A stretch of DNA of 64,000 nucleotides, from assembly GCA_963733195.1 (NCBI GenBank), contig CAVTCR010000017.1:40270-104269 (forward strand), written 5' to 3'. Positions 49,056-60,411 of this stretch are shown in pieces. How positions within the stretch are numbered: the stretch's first letter is position 1; each line of letters opens with the position of its first letter. Origin of the DNA: an uncultured delta proteobacterium. Its GTDB lineage: Bacteria > Desulfobacterota > Binatia > Bin18. The notes below the pieces were generated by a model. The model saw only the letters and a program-made list of their open reading frames with translations. It made no database searches and was not told where the DNA came from. A program made the position numbers and the translations under genes.

Positions 49056-49409
49056 ATGGCACAATACATTCCTGTCGTCATTGCTCTTCTGGTGTGCGGT
49101 GCGGTCGCAACACTGATGACTTTCGCAAGCACATTGCTTGGCGCTTCAAAACATACGCCAGTGAAAGATGAACCTTTTGAGTGCGGCAATCCGTCCAGCG
49201 GCTCTGCCTGGGGGCGGTTTTCGGTGAAATTCTATCTCGCGGCAATTCTGTTCATCATCTTCGATATCGAGGTTGTCTTCATGTACCCGTGGGCAGTGGT
49301 GTTTAAGCAACTCGGGATGTTCGGATTCATAGAAATGCTGGTATTCGTGCTGATTCTCTCGGTCGGGTTGATCTACATCATCAAGAAAGGGGCGCTTGAG
49401 GCAGCGTAG
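49056..49409 (+). CDS. nuoA: NADH-quinone oxidoreductase subunit A
   Basis: PFECG, FSVKFYLAAILFIIFDIEVVFMYPWA. Confidence 0.96.
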   Translation: MAQYIPVVIALLVCGAVATLMTFASTLLGASKHTPVKDEPFECGNPSSGSAWGRFSVKFYLAAILFIIFDIEVVFMYPWAVVFKQLGMFGFIEMLVFVLILSVGLIYIIKKGALEAA

Positions 49410-49430
49410 CCTCAGCCCAATACCAGCGAA

Positions 49431-49942
49431 ATGCCTGATACGGGACTTCTGAGCAAAATCGAAGCAGCATTTCCCGGTAAGATTTTAGAACACCATTCTC
49501 TATATGGGTACGACGTCATCGTACTCAATCGGGACGATGCTTTCGCTATCTTTGCAACGCTACGAGACCACCCTGAGTTTGCATTTAACCTGCTCTCCGA
49601 CCTCACTGCGACTGACTTTCTCGGACAAGAGCCTCGCTTCGAGTTAGTGTACCAATTGTACTCTATTCTCCTCAATCAGCGTCTGCAAGTGAAGATCCGC
49701 GTGCCAGAAGATGCGGCATGGGCACACAAGTGTAGCTTCCTTATGGAAAGGTGGCAATTGGCTGGAACGGGAAGTATGGGACATGTTTGGGATCAAGTTT
49801 CACTGATCATCCCGACCTGCGGCGTATTTTGATGTACGAAGAATTCAAAGGTCATCCGTTACGCAAAGATTACCCGGTCAATAAGCGGCAACCACTGGTT
49901 GAAGAGCGAGACCCGATTACTAACCCCTGGCCAAAAAGGTAA
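49431..49942 (+). CDS. nuoC: NADH-quinone oxidoreductase subunit C (frameshifts ~49725-49800)
   Basis: [18 protein letters not shown]; NWLERE.WDMFGI and [23 protein letters not shown] in shifted frames. Confidence 0.9.
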
Positions 49943-49947
49943 GTGGC

Positions 49948-51160
49948 ATGACAGACGCGGCGAATCAGCTTGTCGAAATGGAACTAGACCCTACCTCCGA
50001 GATCATGTCCCTACAAATGGGTCCCTCGCATCCGGCCACTCACGGCACGATTAAGCTTTGGCTCAAGCTTGATGGTGAGAAGATTGTCAACTGTGAAGTC
50101 GAGATTGGATATCTCCATCGTGGTTTTGAGAAAATGTGCGAGCAGCGGACCTGGAACCATGTGGTGCCGTATGCCGACCGTTTGAACTACATTTCTCCGC
50201 TCATCAACAATGTTGGGTTTGCCTTAGCAGCAGAAAAGTTGCTCGATTTAGAGGTGCCCGAACGTTGCCAGTACATCCGCCTGATCATGAGTGAAATCTC
50301 GCGGATGACCGACCATTTCACCTGTCTTGGGATGGCTGCTGCGGAAGCCGGTGCGCTCTCAGTGGCGTTTTATGCGCTAGAGGCGAGAGAAACGCTCTTC
50401 GACATCGTAACCGCGGTAACTGGAGCTCGGCTGACTGTGAGTTATACACGCGTTGGTGGCGTGACGCAGGACTTGCCCGAGGGATTTGCAGATCGGGTGC
50501 AAGGTGCGTTTACCGATATTCGCCAAGTGATGAGTGACTGCGATAAGTTGCTGTCGAAAAACCGTATTTTCATTGAACGGATGTCCGGCGTTGGTGCCAT
50601 TCCGGCGGATGATGTTGTCTCGTATGGAGTGACTGGGCCGCTGCTGCGCGCCTGTGGTGTTGCCTATGATGTTCGCAAAGCGCAACCTTATCTGTTTTAT
50701 GACCGGGTAGAGTTTGATGTTCCGACTGGAACTCAGGGAGACAACTACGATCGTTTCAGTGTTCGATTTGAAGAAATTCGCCAAAGCATGCGAATTATCG
50801 AGCAGGCGCTTAAACAGATTCGCTCCGGGTCCGGTGCGCGTAGATGACCCACGGATTACCCTCCCGCAAAAGAAAGATGTATACGGCAACATTGAAGGAT
50901 TGATGAACCACTTCAAGCTGGTCATTGAAGGCGTGCGCATCCCGAAAGGCGACATCTATCAGGCGGTAGAAGGGGCAAATGGTGAGTTAGGGTTCTACTT
51001 GGTGAGTGATGGTAGTGGACGTCCCTATCGGGTGCGGGTGCGGCCTCCGTGTTTCTTCGGGATGGCGGCCCTGGGGCAAATGCTGAAAGGCTGTTTAATT
51101 TCAGACATTATCACCACTTTCGGCATGATCAACATGATCGGTGGGGAATGCGACCGTTGA
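49948..51160 (+). CDS. nuoD: NADH-quinone oxidoreductase subunit D (frameshift ~50822)
   Basis: MGPSHPATHG, GYLHRGFEK, DRLNY; EGANGELG...GECDR. Confidence 0.95.
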
Positions 51161-51245
51161 ATTAATGAAGAATGAAGAATTAATAATGAAGAATGGCAAG
51201 AGAAACTTTTCATTTTTAATTCTTACATTCTTAATTTTTCATTAA
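51158..51245. repeat. AT-rich heptamer repeats in inverted arrangement between nuoD and nuoE
   Basis: attaatg/aagaatg/aagaatt/aataatg/aagaatg ... ttttcat/ttttaat/tcttaat/ttttcat. Confidence 0.75.
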
Positions 51246-51249
51246 ACTT

Positions 51250-51732
51250 ATGTCTGTACAGTTTTCTGACACAACGCAGAAGAAGTTCGAAGAGATCCTG
51301 ACGCATTATCCCAACAAGCGGGCGGCGTTGTTGCCGACCTTTTGGTTGGCGCAAGGTGAGTTCGGGTATCTCAGCCTGGAAGTGATGGAGTATATCGCCA
51401 AGTTGCTGGGGCTCTCACCGGCCTATGTCGGTGCCGTGGCGTCGTTCTACACCATGTATAACAAGACGCCGGTGGGCAAGTTTCATGTTCAGGTCTGTAC
51501 CAACCTCTCGTGTACGTTAATGGGAGCAGAGGACATTGTCGCCTGCGTAGAGAAAAAACTGGGCGTCGGTGTGGGGCAGACAACAGTAGACAAAAAATTC
51601 ACCCTCAGTGAAGTCGAGTGCTTAGGATCATGTGGCACGGCTCCGGTGGCACAAATTAACGACGACTATTACGAGAACCTGACCCAAGAAGGGGTTGTGC
51701 GATTGCTTGACCAATTGGTGACGCAGAAGTGA
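51250..51732 (+). CDS. nuoE: NADH-quinone oxidoreductase subunit E
   Basis: VASFYTMY, VCTNLSC, ECLGSC [2Fe-2S] ligands. Confidence 0.95.
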   Translation: MSVQFSDTTQKKFEEILTHYPNKRAALLPTFWLAQGEFGYLSLEVMEYIAKLLGLSPAYVGAVASFYTMYNKTPVGKFHVQVCTNLSCTLMGAEDIVACVEKKLGVGVGQTTVDKKFTLSEVECLGSCGTAPVAQINDDYYENLTQEGVVRLLDQLVTQK

Positions 51733-51764
51733 GGGCAGTTCGGCGCGTGTGAGATTGCGTTTTT

Positions 51765-52901
51765 ATGGATTCAACTACTCTTCTGATCGACGTTGTTTTG
51801 GTTCTCTTCGTGTTCGGCATGGTCATGCAGATTGCCCCGCTGCTCTTATGGATTGAGCGCAAGGGAAGTGCGGTCCTGCAAGATCGCATTGGCGCAAACC
51901 GAGTCCGTATATCGGACATTCCTCTTTTCAAAGGACGCCTCGGGAAACTCCCTTTCAATGTCGGGATCGTGAACACGTTAATTGCCGACCCGATCAAGTT
52001 GTTCACCAAAGAAGATTTCGTTCCTCCCGGCGCTGACAAACTCTTACATACACTTGCGCCCATTTTGGCGCTGGTACCGGCACTGATCACCATGATGGTG
52101 GTGCCATTCGGTGATGTGATTACCATCGCCGGACGGACGATCGAACTCCAGGCGGCACGACTCAATGTTGGCATTCTCTACATCTTAGCGATGGTGTCCC
52201 TTGGTGTGTACGGTATCGTGCTGGCGGGATGGGCATCAAACAATCGTTGGGCGCTCCTTGGCGGTATTCGTGCTTCTGCGCAAATGATTTCCTACGAAAT
52301 CGCTATGGGACTTGCGCTCATTGGTGTCGTGCTGACGTACGGGACGATTGATCTGCAGGAAATTAACCGTGCCCAAGGCGGACTCATCCTGGGTGCCTTG
52401 CCGAACTGGGGTATTTTCTATCAGCCGCTGGCGTTCCTTATCTTCTTGACGGCAGGGATCGCGGAAAGTAAACGTGCACCGTTCGATCTCCCTGAAGCAG
52501 AGCCTGAGCTGATTTCCGGATACTTCACCGAATATTCCGGGGCGAAGCAGTCGATCTTCATGTTGGTGGACTTCCTTGAATCGCTTATTGTTGCGGCCTT
52601 GGTGACCACGCTGTTCTTCGGTGGATGGCAAGTGCCGTTGTTGGAACGTGATGGTTTGCACTTCCCCTGGGGAGGCTTCATGCCGCTACCCCAGATCCTT
52701 GTTGCCATCATTCAGGTCCATGCGTTCATCATCAAAGTTCTTTTCTTCTGTTGGCTACAGATCATGATCCGCTGGACATTGCCGCGCTTTCGCTATGACC
52801 AGTTGATGGCCCTGGGGTGGAAGATCTTATTACCGCTTGCTTTGGTAAACGTTATGCTCACTGCACTGGTGCTCTTAATCGCTCAAAATCTCGCTTCATA
52901 A
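51765..52901 (+). CDS. nuoH: NADH-quinone oxidoreductase subunit H
   Basis: ERKGSAVLQDRIG, ADPIKLFTKED, AQMISYE, PFDLPEAE, LPRFRYDQLM. Confidence 0.96.
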   Translation: MDSTTLLIDVVLVLFVFGMVMQIAPLLLWIERKGSAVLQDRIGANRVRISDIPLFKGRLGKLPFNVGIVNTLIADPIKLFTKEDFVPPGADKLLHTLAPILALVPALITMMVVPFGDVITIAGRTIELQAARLNVGILYILAMVSLGVYGIVLAGWASNNRWALLGGIRASAQMISYEIAMGLALIGVVLTYGTIDLQEINRAQGGLILGALPNWGIFYQPLAFLIFLTAGIAESKRAPFDLPEAEPELISGYFTEYSGAKQSIFMLVDFLESLIVAALVTTLFFGGWQVPLLERDGLHFPWGGFMPLPQILVAIIQVHAFIIKVLFFCWLQIMIRWTLPRFRYDQLMALGWKILLPLALVNVMLTALVLLIAQNLAS

Positions 52902-52903
52902 AT

Positions 52904-53410
52904 ATGGATCTCTTTACTTTCATTATTCTCGCGATTTTGATGGTCGGCTCGGCAGTGGCTGTAGTCCTCCACCCGAGTCCGGTCTACAGCGCGCTCTCTT
53001 TAGTGGTCCTGATGAGTCTGCTGGCGGTGTACTTTCTCTTCCTGAATGCCCATATGGTCGGGGCGTTGCAGATTATCGTCTATGCGGGTGCGGTGATGGT
53101 ATTGTTCTTGTTCGTCATTATGCTGTTGAACCTCCAGTCTGATTCTCGAGAGAATCAGCAATCAGAGATGAGAACTTCTGCTGGAATCCTGTGTGCCGTA
53201 CTGATTGGGGAGTTAGCGTTTTTCCTGGGAAGAGGGGGAGGGCGACTAGAATTACAGACGAGTCAACAGCAATTGCCAGAGGGGTTTGGCACCATGCAGG
53301 CGCTGAGTGAACGACTATTTACGGACTTCTTGTTACCCTTCGAAATTACGTCGGTGCTGTTGTTAGTAGCTGCGGTTGGCGCGGTCGTGTTAGCGCGACG
53401 CCAAGCGTAA
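52904..53410 (+). CDS. nuoJ: NADH-quinone oxidoreductase subunit J
   Basis: QIIVYAGAVMVLFLFVIMLL, PFEITSVLLL. Confidence 0.95.
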   Translation: MDLFTFIILAILMVGSAVAVVLHPSPVYSALSLVVLMSLLAVYFLFLNAHMVGALQIIVYAGAVMVLFLFVIMLLNLQSDSRENQQSEMRTSAGILCAVLIGELAFFLGRGGGRLELQTSQQQLPEGFGTMQALSERLFTDFLLPFEITSVLLLVAAVGAVVLARRQA

Positions 53411-53413
53411 AAC

Positions 53414-53445
53414 TAGGGGTCAGGGAGTCAGGGGTTAGGGGAAAT
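53414..53445. repeat. Heptamer tandem repeat between nuoJ and nuoK
   Basis: taggggt/cagggag/tcagggg/ttagggg. Confidence 0.6.
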
Positions 53446-53537
53446 GGAAGAACTACAATCAAAGATTCCATATACTCGATCGCCTTTTTCCCTTTCGCCC
53501 CAACGAGACGCGCGGTCTGGTATTGAAAGCGAAAATT

Positions 53538-53840
53538 ATGGTCCCTACTCATTATCACCTTATCTTGAGTGCGATCTTGTTCACGATCGGGACGATGGGC
53601 GTTTTACTGCGACGGAATACCATTATCATCTTTATGTCCGTTGAGCTGATGCTCAACGCAGTGAATCTCTCGTTTGTGGCGTTGGCTCAGCATTGGGGTT
53701 CAATGGATGGACAGTTGATCGTCTTCTTCGTTATGGCGGTTGCTGCTGCTGAAGCTGCTGTCGGTCTCGCCATTATCCTCATGGTCTTCCGCACCAAGGA
53801 GACAGTGAACGCTGACGAACTCAACCTCATGCGCGGGTAG
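53538..53840 (+). CDS. nuoK: NADH-quinone oxidoreductase subunit K
   Basis: [25 protein letters not shown]. Confidence 0.96.
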   Translation: MVPTHYHLILSAILFTIGTMGVLLRRNTIIIFMSVELMLNAVNLSFVALAQHWGSMDGQLIVFFVMAVAAAEAAVGLAIILMVFRTKETVNADELNLMRG

Positions 53841-53853
53841 CAACGAAATCACC

Positions 53854-55783
53854 ATGGAACACGCACACACAGCAACCCAAGCAACCATACAAGCAGTTAC
53901 CTATCTGCGCTGGATTGTTTTCCTTCCTCTCATTGGTGTTCTCTTCAATATCTTCTTCGCCCCCAAGTTCGGCAGAAGAGTGGTCAACTTAGTTGCTCCT
54001 GGGGTGATCCTGGCTGCTTTTGCTTTCTCCTGGACGGCATTTGAGCAACTGAGCGAGCTCCCACCCGGTAGTGCGTTGGTGGATAACATTTACCCGTGGA
54101 TTACCGCAGGGCAATTACATGTTGACTTTGCACTGCGGGTCGATGCCCTCACGGCAGTGATGATCCTCATCATTACTGGGGTAGGCGCGCTGATTCACAT
54201 CTACTCGACTGGATACATGGCGCACGACGAAGATGTCGCCCGTTACTTCACCTATCTCAACTTGTTTACGGCCTCGATGCTCTTGTTGGTGCTGGGAGAA
54301 AACCTGCTCCTGCTTTTTGTCGGCTGGGAAGGGGTGGGATTGTGTTCCTACCTACTTATCGGCTTTTGGTATACCGATGACGAAAAAGCCAGTGCCGGGA
54401 AGAAAGCGTTCATCGTCAATCGCATTGGTGATGCCGGGTTTTTACTTGGCATGTTCCTTCTCTTCTGGACACTGGTCGCCAACGGGGTATGGACCCTCTC
54501 GATTAGTGAAATGCAGCGTGCGATCGCCGAACATCCTGGGATCATTTCTGGAGGTATCGCTACCGCGGTCTGTCTCCTGCTCTTTGTTGGGGCAACAGGA
54601 AAGTCGGCTCAGGTTCCGCTCTATGTGTGGCTTCCCGATGCCATGGCCGGTCCGACACCAGTGAGTGCGCTCATCCACGCTGCGACGATGGTGACGGCGG
54701 GTGTTTACATGATCGCTCGCCTGCATTTTCTGTACGAGCTTTCACCGACTGCGTTAAGTTGGGTGTCGTGGATTGCTGCCATCACTGCCATTCTCGCAGC
54801 CTCCATCGCCCTGGTACAAACAGATATTAAGAAAGTTCTGGCTTATTCTACGGTCAGCCAACTCGGCTATATGTTTTTAGGGGTGGGAGTTGGCGCATAT
54901 GGAGCCGGCATTTTCCACTTAATGACGCACGCGTTCTTCAAAGCCCTCCTCTTCCTTGGTGCGGGCAGCGTGATTCACGGTATGAGCGAGGAACAGGATA
55001 TCCGCAAAATGGGCGGTCTACTGAAAAGGATGCCAATCACCGGATGGACATTCCTCCTTGATTGGCTGTATTGCGATTGCTGGGGTGCCGGGTTTTTCTG
55101 GGTATTACAGTAAAGATTTGATTCTTGAAGAGGTCTATGCTGGTCCGCACGCTCAGCCCCTGTTGTATTGGGTAGGCACAATCGGCGCTGGTATGACCGC
55201 TTTTTATATGTTTCGGCTTTTTCTTGTGACGTTCTGGGGAAGCGAGATTCGCGCGAGCCACGATGTTGTCCATCATGTTCATGAGTCACCGTGGTCGATG
55301 ACAATTCCTCTCATTATTCTTGCCGTGTTTTCGGTTTTTGGTGGCACCCTTCCACTCATCCCCTGGTTATCTCCTCTCTTCCATGCCGGACATGTCGAAG
55401 TCCCAGGTATGATTCGTTGGCTACCAACGATTGCAGGAGCTGTCGGTATTGTGTTGGCGTTCTTTATGTATGGGACCAATGCCAAGGCAGTAGAGAAGAT
55501 GAACGAAGCACCAGTCGGACTGCGCGATCTGTTATGGAACAAGTGGTATGTGGATGAAATATACGATGCAACTGTCGTCCGGTTTACCGGGTGGCTAGCA
55601 GATAGGTTCTGGAAAGACGTCGATACGAAGGTGATAGACGGAACAGTGAATGGCTCGGCGCGCCTCATGGAGTATTGGGGGTCGACTATCCGAGTATTGC
55701 AGACAGGGAATGTTCAGAATTACGCGATGTCGTTCCTGGTCGGTGTAACCGTGATTCTCTTCCTAGGGGTGTATCTATGGTAA
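53854..55783 (+). CDS. nuoL: NADH-quinone oxidoreductase subunit L (frameshift ~55060)
   Basis: GWEGVG, GKSAQVPLYVWLPDAMAGPTPVSALIHAATMV; SKDLIL...KWYVDEIY...LQTG. Confidence 0.95.
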
Positions 55784-57384
55784 GCATGGTCCTCTTCACC
55801 CCACTCTTTGCTGCACTTTTTGTGCTTTTACTCCGTAAGGAGCATGAGGACGGTGCGCGCTGGATTGCGTTCGGAGCCTCACTGCTGACCTTTGTCTTAT
55901 CACTCAGGCTCCTGTGGAACTTTGACAGTAGTGTCGCTGATTTTCAGATGGTCGAGCAGGTACCGTGGATTCCCGACTTTGGTATCGAATACCATGTCGG
56001 CATTGACGGGATCAGCCTCTTCTTGGTGCTGCTCACAACGTTTCTCGTTCCCCTTGTCACCATTTCTTCCTGGGGTGATGTGCATAAGCGAGTCAAAGAA
56101 TATCAATTCCTTTTTCTCGTGCTTGAGACTGGGATGATCGGTGCTTTCGTTGCTATCGATCTGTTTCTCTTCTACGTGTTCTGGGAAGTCATGCTGATTC
56201 CGATGTACTTCCTTGTTGGAGTGTGGGGAGGACAGCGGCGCATTTACGCAGCTATCAAATTCCTACTCTATACGATGGTTGGTAGTCTTTTGATGCTGGT
56301 AGCAATCCTCTATCTGGCCTATCAGCACAATGAACAGACAGGAGCGATCTCGTTTAATCTCTTACAGCTGTACAATTTGAATATTGATGGCACGGCGCAG
56401 CGCTGGCTGTTCTGGGCTTTTGTCCTATCCTTTGCCATCAAAGTGCCGCTGTTTCCGTTTCACACCTGGTTACCCGATGCGCACGTCGAAGCCCCAACCG
56501 GTGGTTCGGTAATTCTTGCCAGTGTGTTGTTGAAAATGGGAACCTACGGGCTCTTGCGTTTTGCTATTCCGCTCTTTCCCTTTGCTGCGTACGAATATGC
56601 CTATGTCCTTATTGCCCTTGCTGTTATTGGTATTTTTTATGGCGCATTGGTCGCGATGGTGCAGCCCGACTTAAAGAAGTTAGTGGCGTACTCGTCTGTC
56701 AGCCATATGGGATTTGTTGTTCTTGGATTGTTCGCCTTCAACTTGCAAGGAGCGCAAGGGGCGATCTTTCAGATGCTCAATCATGGTCTCTCGACTGGCG
56801 CACTCTTCCTCTTGGTCGGTGTCGTGTATGAGCGTCGTCATACCCGCCTGATTAGTGAGTACGGTGGCTTGTGGAAACAAGTTCCACTCTATGCCTCAAT
56901 TTTTCTCGTGACGATGTTCTCTTCGATTGGGCTCCCGGGGCTGAACGGATTTATTGGCGAGTTTCTGATTATGCTGGGCGCGTTCGATGCGGTTGTCCAA
57001 AAGGGCATTGCCAGTACTTCGGCAGGGGTTAATTGGCTCATCATGATCTTTACCGTTTCTGGTGTTGTCCTTGGTGCCGTCTATATGCTCTGGATGTATC
57101 AGCGCGTGATTTTTGGTCCGCTGAAGAACGAAGAGAATAAGAAACTGACCGACTTATCGAGCCGCGAGGTGCTCGTCTTTACTCCGCTGCTAGTGATGAT
57201 GGTGGTGATGGGACTGTATCCAACGCCATTCCTCGACCGGATGGAAAAATCGGTGACCGCGACACTCGCACGTGCAGAAGCGAAGCGTGTTGCCGACGAA
57301 TCGCGTATTCGCTTGAGCCAGGATACGCACGATACACAAACTGCGTCAGTGAAAGCTGCTATTCCAGTAGTGGCACAACCCTAA
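55777..57384 (+). CDS. nuoM: NADH-quinone oxidoreductase subunit M
   Basis: FYVFWE, KVPLFPFHTWLPDAHVEAPT, AYSSVSHMG. Confidence 0.96.
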   Translation: MVSMVLFTPLFAALFVLLLRKEHEDGARWIAFGASLLTFVLSLRLLWNFDSSVADFQMVEQVPWIPDFGIEYHVGIDGISLFLVLLTTFLVPLVTISSWGDVHKRVKEYQFLFLVLETGMIGAFVAIDLFLFYVFWEVMLIPMYFLVGVWGGQRRIYAAIKFLLYTMVGSLLMLVAILYLAYQHNEQTGAISFNLLQLYNLNIDGTAQRWLFWAFVLSFAIKVPLFPFHTWLPDAHVEAPTGGSVILASVLLKMGTYGLLRFAIPLFPFAAYEYAYVLIALAVIGIFYGALVAMVQPDLKKLVAYSSVSHMGFVVLGLFAFNLQGAQGAIFQMLNHGLSTGALFLLVGVVYERRHTRLISEYGGLWKQVPLYASIFLVTMFSSIGLPGLNGFIGEFLIMLGAFDAVVQKGIASTSAGVNWLIMIFTVSGVVLGAVYMLWMYQRVIFGPLKNEENKKLTDLSSREVLVFTPLLVMMVVMGLYPTPFLDRMEKSVTATLARAEAKRVADESRIRLSQDTHDTQTASVKAAIPVVAQP

Positions 57385-57408
57385 CGATCAGCACTTTTGG
57401 TGATACCC

Positions 57409-58959
57409 ATGATTTTGCCTGTGGTGAACTGGCCCTCGATACTCCCCATTCTGATCCTCACGGTCGCAGGAATGGTCGTTCTGTGTTGGGACCTGTGGAT
57501 GAAAGAGAAAGATAAGTGGTATCTTGCCCTCGTCTCCATTCTGAGTGTGGTCTTTGCGGCTGGGCTATCGTTGCTTTTATGGGGAAGAAACGAGGGTGCG
57601 TTTGGTGGTACGCTGGCACTCGATTCCTACGCGTTGTTCTTTAACTTCGTTCTCTGCTTCGCTACGGGGATGACATGTGCAATGTCAATGCACTATGTCG
57701 AGGAGAATGACATTCCCCAGGGTGAGTATTACGCGCTCATCCTCTTTGCCACGGTGGGGATGATGCTAATGGCGGCAGGGACCGATTTGATCGTCATCTT
57801 TCTTGGCCTTGAAACCATGTCGATGGCAGTCTATGTGCTCGCTGGCATTCTTCGTCATCAAGCTAAATCCAACGAAGCCGCGTTGAAATACTTTCTGCTT
57901 GGTGCCTTTGCCAGCGGATTTTTACTCTACGGTATTGCGCTGATCTATGGTGCGACTGGCAGTGTACAGCTCGACAGAATCGCGCTGTACATCAGCGAAC
58001 GCATGGGCGACGGCAATTTTTCTCCTTTGTTATTCATGGGAATTGCCCTCTTGATTGTCGGTTTCGGCTTCAAAGTTGCGGCAGTGCCGTTTCATGCGTG
58101 GACGCCGGATGTGTATGAAGGAGCACCGACGACGATTACTGCATTTATGGCAGTGGGGGTAAAAGCAGCAGCCTTTGCCGCTTTTACTCGTATTTTCCTA
58201 TCCTCCTTGGGATCAGTGCAAGAGTACTGGCAATGGATTCTCTGGGTGTTGGCGGTGATCACGATGATTGTCGGTAACGTGACCGCACTCATGCAGAACA
58301 ACATCAAACGAATGTTGGCCTACTCCAGCATTGCTCATGCTGGCTATCTCTTGGTGGCGATGGTTGCAGGAAGAGAGACTGGTGGCGCGGCACTGATGTA
58401 CTATCTCGTCGCTTATGCGCTCATGAATATGGGAGCGTTTGCCGTTATTGTCGCTGTCAGTCGGCGAGGCGAGCCTAACGAGGAATTTGACGACTACGCA
58501 GGACTCGGGTTTCGTCATCCCGGATTGGCTCTGGCAATGACGATTTTCATGCTATCGCTGACCGGCATTCCGCCACTCGTCGGTTTCACCGGCAAGTTTT
58601 ATGTCTTTGGTGCGGCAGTTCAATCCGGCTTTATTTGGCTCGCAGTGATCGGCGTACTTAATAGCGTAGTTTCCGCATACTACTACATCCGAGTTATTGT
58701 CACGATGTACATGTACGATGGCGAAAAACAGATTGAGCCGCTCTCTTCGCGTCCAGCGTTAGCCTCAGCTATCGTCGTTGCTACGCTCGCGACGATTCTG
58801 ATTGGCGTCTTTCCTGCGACCTCGATGTGGCGGGCACGCACAGGGTTTGCCTCAGTTGAAAAAGGACCGCGTGCAGTGGTTCATTCTGCTCCTTCATCAA
58901 GCAGCGCGCTTGCCTCACGTAAATCAGCGGTATCAAAGCCTTCAGTAAATCCTCAGTAG
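57409..58959 (+). CDS. nuoN: NADH-quinone oxidoreductase subunit N
   Basis: EAALKYF, FKVAAVPFHAWTPDVYEGAP, KRMLAYSSIAHAGY. Confidence 0.96.
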   Translation: MILPVVNWPSILPILILTVAGMVVLCWDLWMKEKDKWYLALVSILSVVFAAGLSLLLWGRNEGAFGGTLALDSYALFFNFVLCFATGMTCAMSMHYVEENDIPQGEYYALILFATVGMMLMAAGTDLIVIFLGLETMSMAVYVLAGILRHQAKSNEAALKYFLLGAFASGFLLYGIALIYGATGSVQLDRIALYISERMGDGNFSPLLFMGIALLIVGFGFKVAAVPFHAWTPDVYEGAPTTITAFMAVGVKAAAFAAFTRIFLSSLGSVQEYWQWILWVLAVITMIVGNVTALMQNNIKRMLAYSSIAHAGYLLVAMVAGRETGGAALMYYLVAYALMNMGAFAVIVAVSRRGEPNEEFDDYAGLGFRHPGLALAMTIFMLSLTGIPPLVGFTGKFYVFGAAVQSGFIWLAVIGVLNSVVSAYYYIRVIVTMYMYDGEKQIEPLSSRPALASAIVVATLATILIGVFPATSMWRARTGFASVEKGPRAVVHSAPSSSSALASRKSAVSKPSVNPQ

Positions 58960-59009
58960 TCAGTAGATTGAGGCGCCCGCTGGGGTGTTTGTTGAGGCAC
59001 TTCCGCCGA

Positions 59010-60213
59010 TCAACCTTGAAGCTGTGCCGGTAGCCATTCTGTCGTTGTGTACCCATTCACCAGCTTGATCTCTGGATGTGAGGACAGATGATGAGGATAC
59101 GGAGTACGGCAGACGATCCAGTGTTCGCGTGTAGCACGGTGGCCAAGGAGCTTGACGACTTTGCGCAATGAGGCAACAGCACGTTCGTCACTCATAGTCT
59201 CAGCCCATTTCGCTTCAATGAGTCGGACAAATCCTTGATGTTCGATGACAAAGTCGACTTCGGTGCCGTGCGCATCGCGCCAGAAAAAAATCTGCGCCGC
59301 AGAGCCCTGAGCCGCTTTGGCGCGGATTAACTGGTTCAACACAAATGTTTCCCAGAGAGCACCAATGAAGGGGGACCGTTCGACTGCCTCAGGCGAATCG
59401 AGGCCAAGCAGAAAACACAACAAGCCGGTATCACGTAAATACAGTTTGGGAGTTTTGATCAATCTTTTGGCGACATTGCCAAAGTATGGCTCAAGAAGGA
59501 CAATCTGATTCGAGGCTTCAAGAACAGAGAGCCACTCGCGAGCGGTCGTTCCAGCAATACCGATATCACGAGCGAGATCCGTCAAATTGAGCAATTGCCC
59601 TGATCGCAGCGCACAGGCGCGGAGAAAACGCTCAAAGTCCGCAGACTGCCGATGCGCAGGAGCAATCTCACATCTCGTTCGAGATATGTCGCGATATAGC
59701 TGGAGTAAAAGACCTGTGGAGACAGTACCGCGTTCCGGTATAGTTCAGGGAATCCTCCACGCCACAAAAAGTGAGGAAGCGAAACTGGCGGGCTCAGCTC
59801 TGTTCCCTGCACCTCTGTCGCGGATAATGTGTCCAACTCGATCACCGCGCACCGACCGGAAAGACTTTCGTTCACGGCAGCCATCAATGGAAATTTTTGC
59901 GAACCAGTCATGAGAAACCGCCCCATACTATGGCGCTGCTCATCGATGGTGCGTTTGAGGTACCGGAAGATTTTCGGTGCGTACTGAATTTCGTCGAGGA
60001 TCAAGGGTTGGGTGTACTGCCGCAAAAAATTTTCAGGCTCCTCCTCAGCGTGTTGTGCGACCGACGGAAGATCCAAGGCAACAAAGGCAGCACTAGGAAA
60101 AAGGTGGGACAGCAGAGCAGTTTTTCCTGTTTGCCGCGCACCAGTAAGTAGGACCGCAGGAAAGTGCTGCGCCAGGGTGAACACTGTGCGGAAATACTCC
60201 TTTCAATCCACAT
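59010..60213 (-). CDS. AAA_14 ATPase with DUF4143 (PD-(D/E)xK-like) C-terminal domain; frameshifts ~60185 and ~59600-59640
   Basis: LTGARQTGKT, LDEIQY, TGSQ, GGFPE, TYLERD; KTPKLYLRDTG, EVDFV, IEAKW. Confidence 0.85.
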
Positions 60214-60216
60214 AAT

Positions 60217-60249
60217 TGGATAATATAGCTTATCAAGCTGGATTATCCA
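60217..60249. promoter_or_regulatory. 33-bp imperfect palindrome immediately upstream of the AAA/DUF4143 start
   Basis: TGGATAAT-at-AGCTT-atc-AAGCT-gg-ATTATCCA. Confidence 0.55.
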
Positions 60250-60339
60250 GTCTTAAAAACTAGTATGACCAGTCCGCTGTTACTGGGTATTTCCTCTTCA
60301 AAAGACGGTGCGCCAATCCTTCAATGGCTCGATGACTCA

Positions 60340-60411
60340 ATGCCGCAATTTGCGAGCCGCACTTTTGCTTCCTGCAAGTCTTTGGTGTCGAAGCCTTCGG
60401 TACACCAGCCG
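60340..60411 (-). pseudogene. C-terminal remnant of an AAA/TPR adenylate-cyclase-type protein
   Basis: Minus frame GWCTEGFDTKDLQEAK matches the WFTEGFDTxDLxEAK C-terminal motif of that family. Confidence 0.6.
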
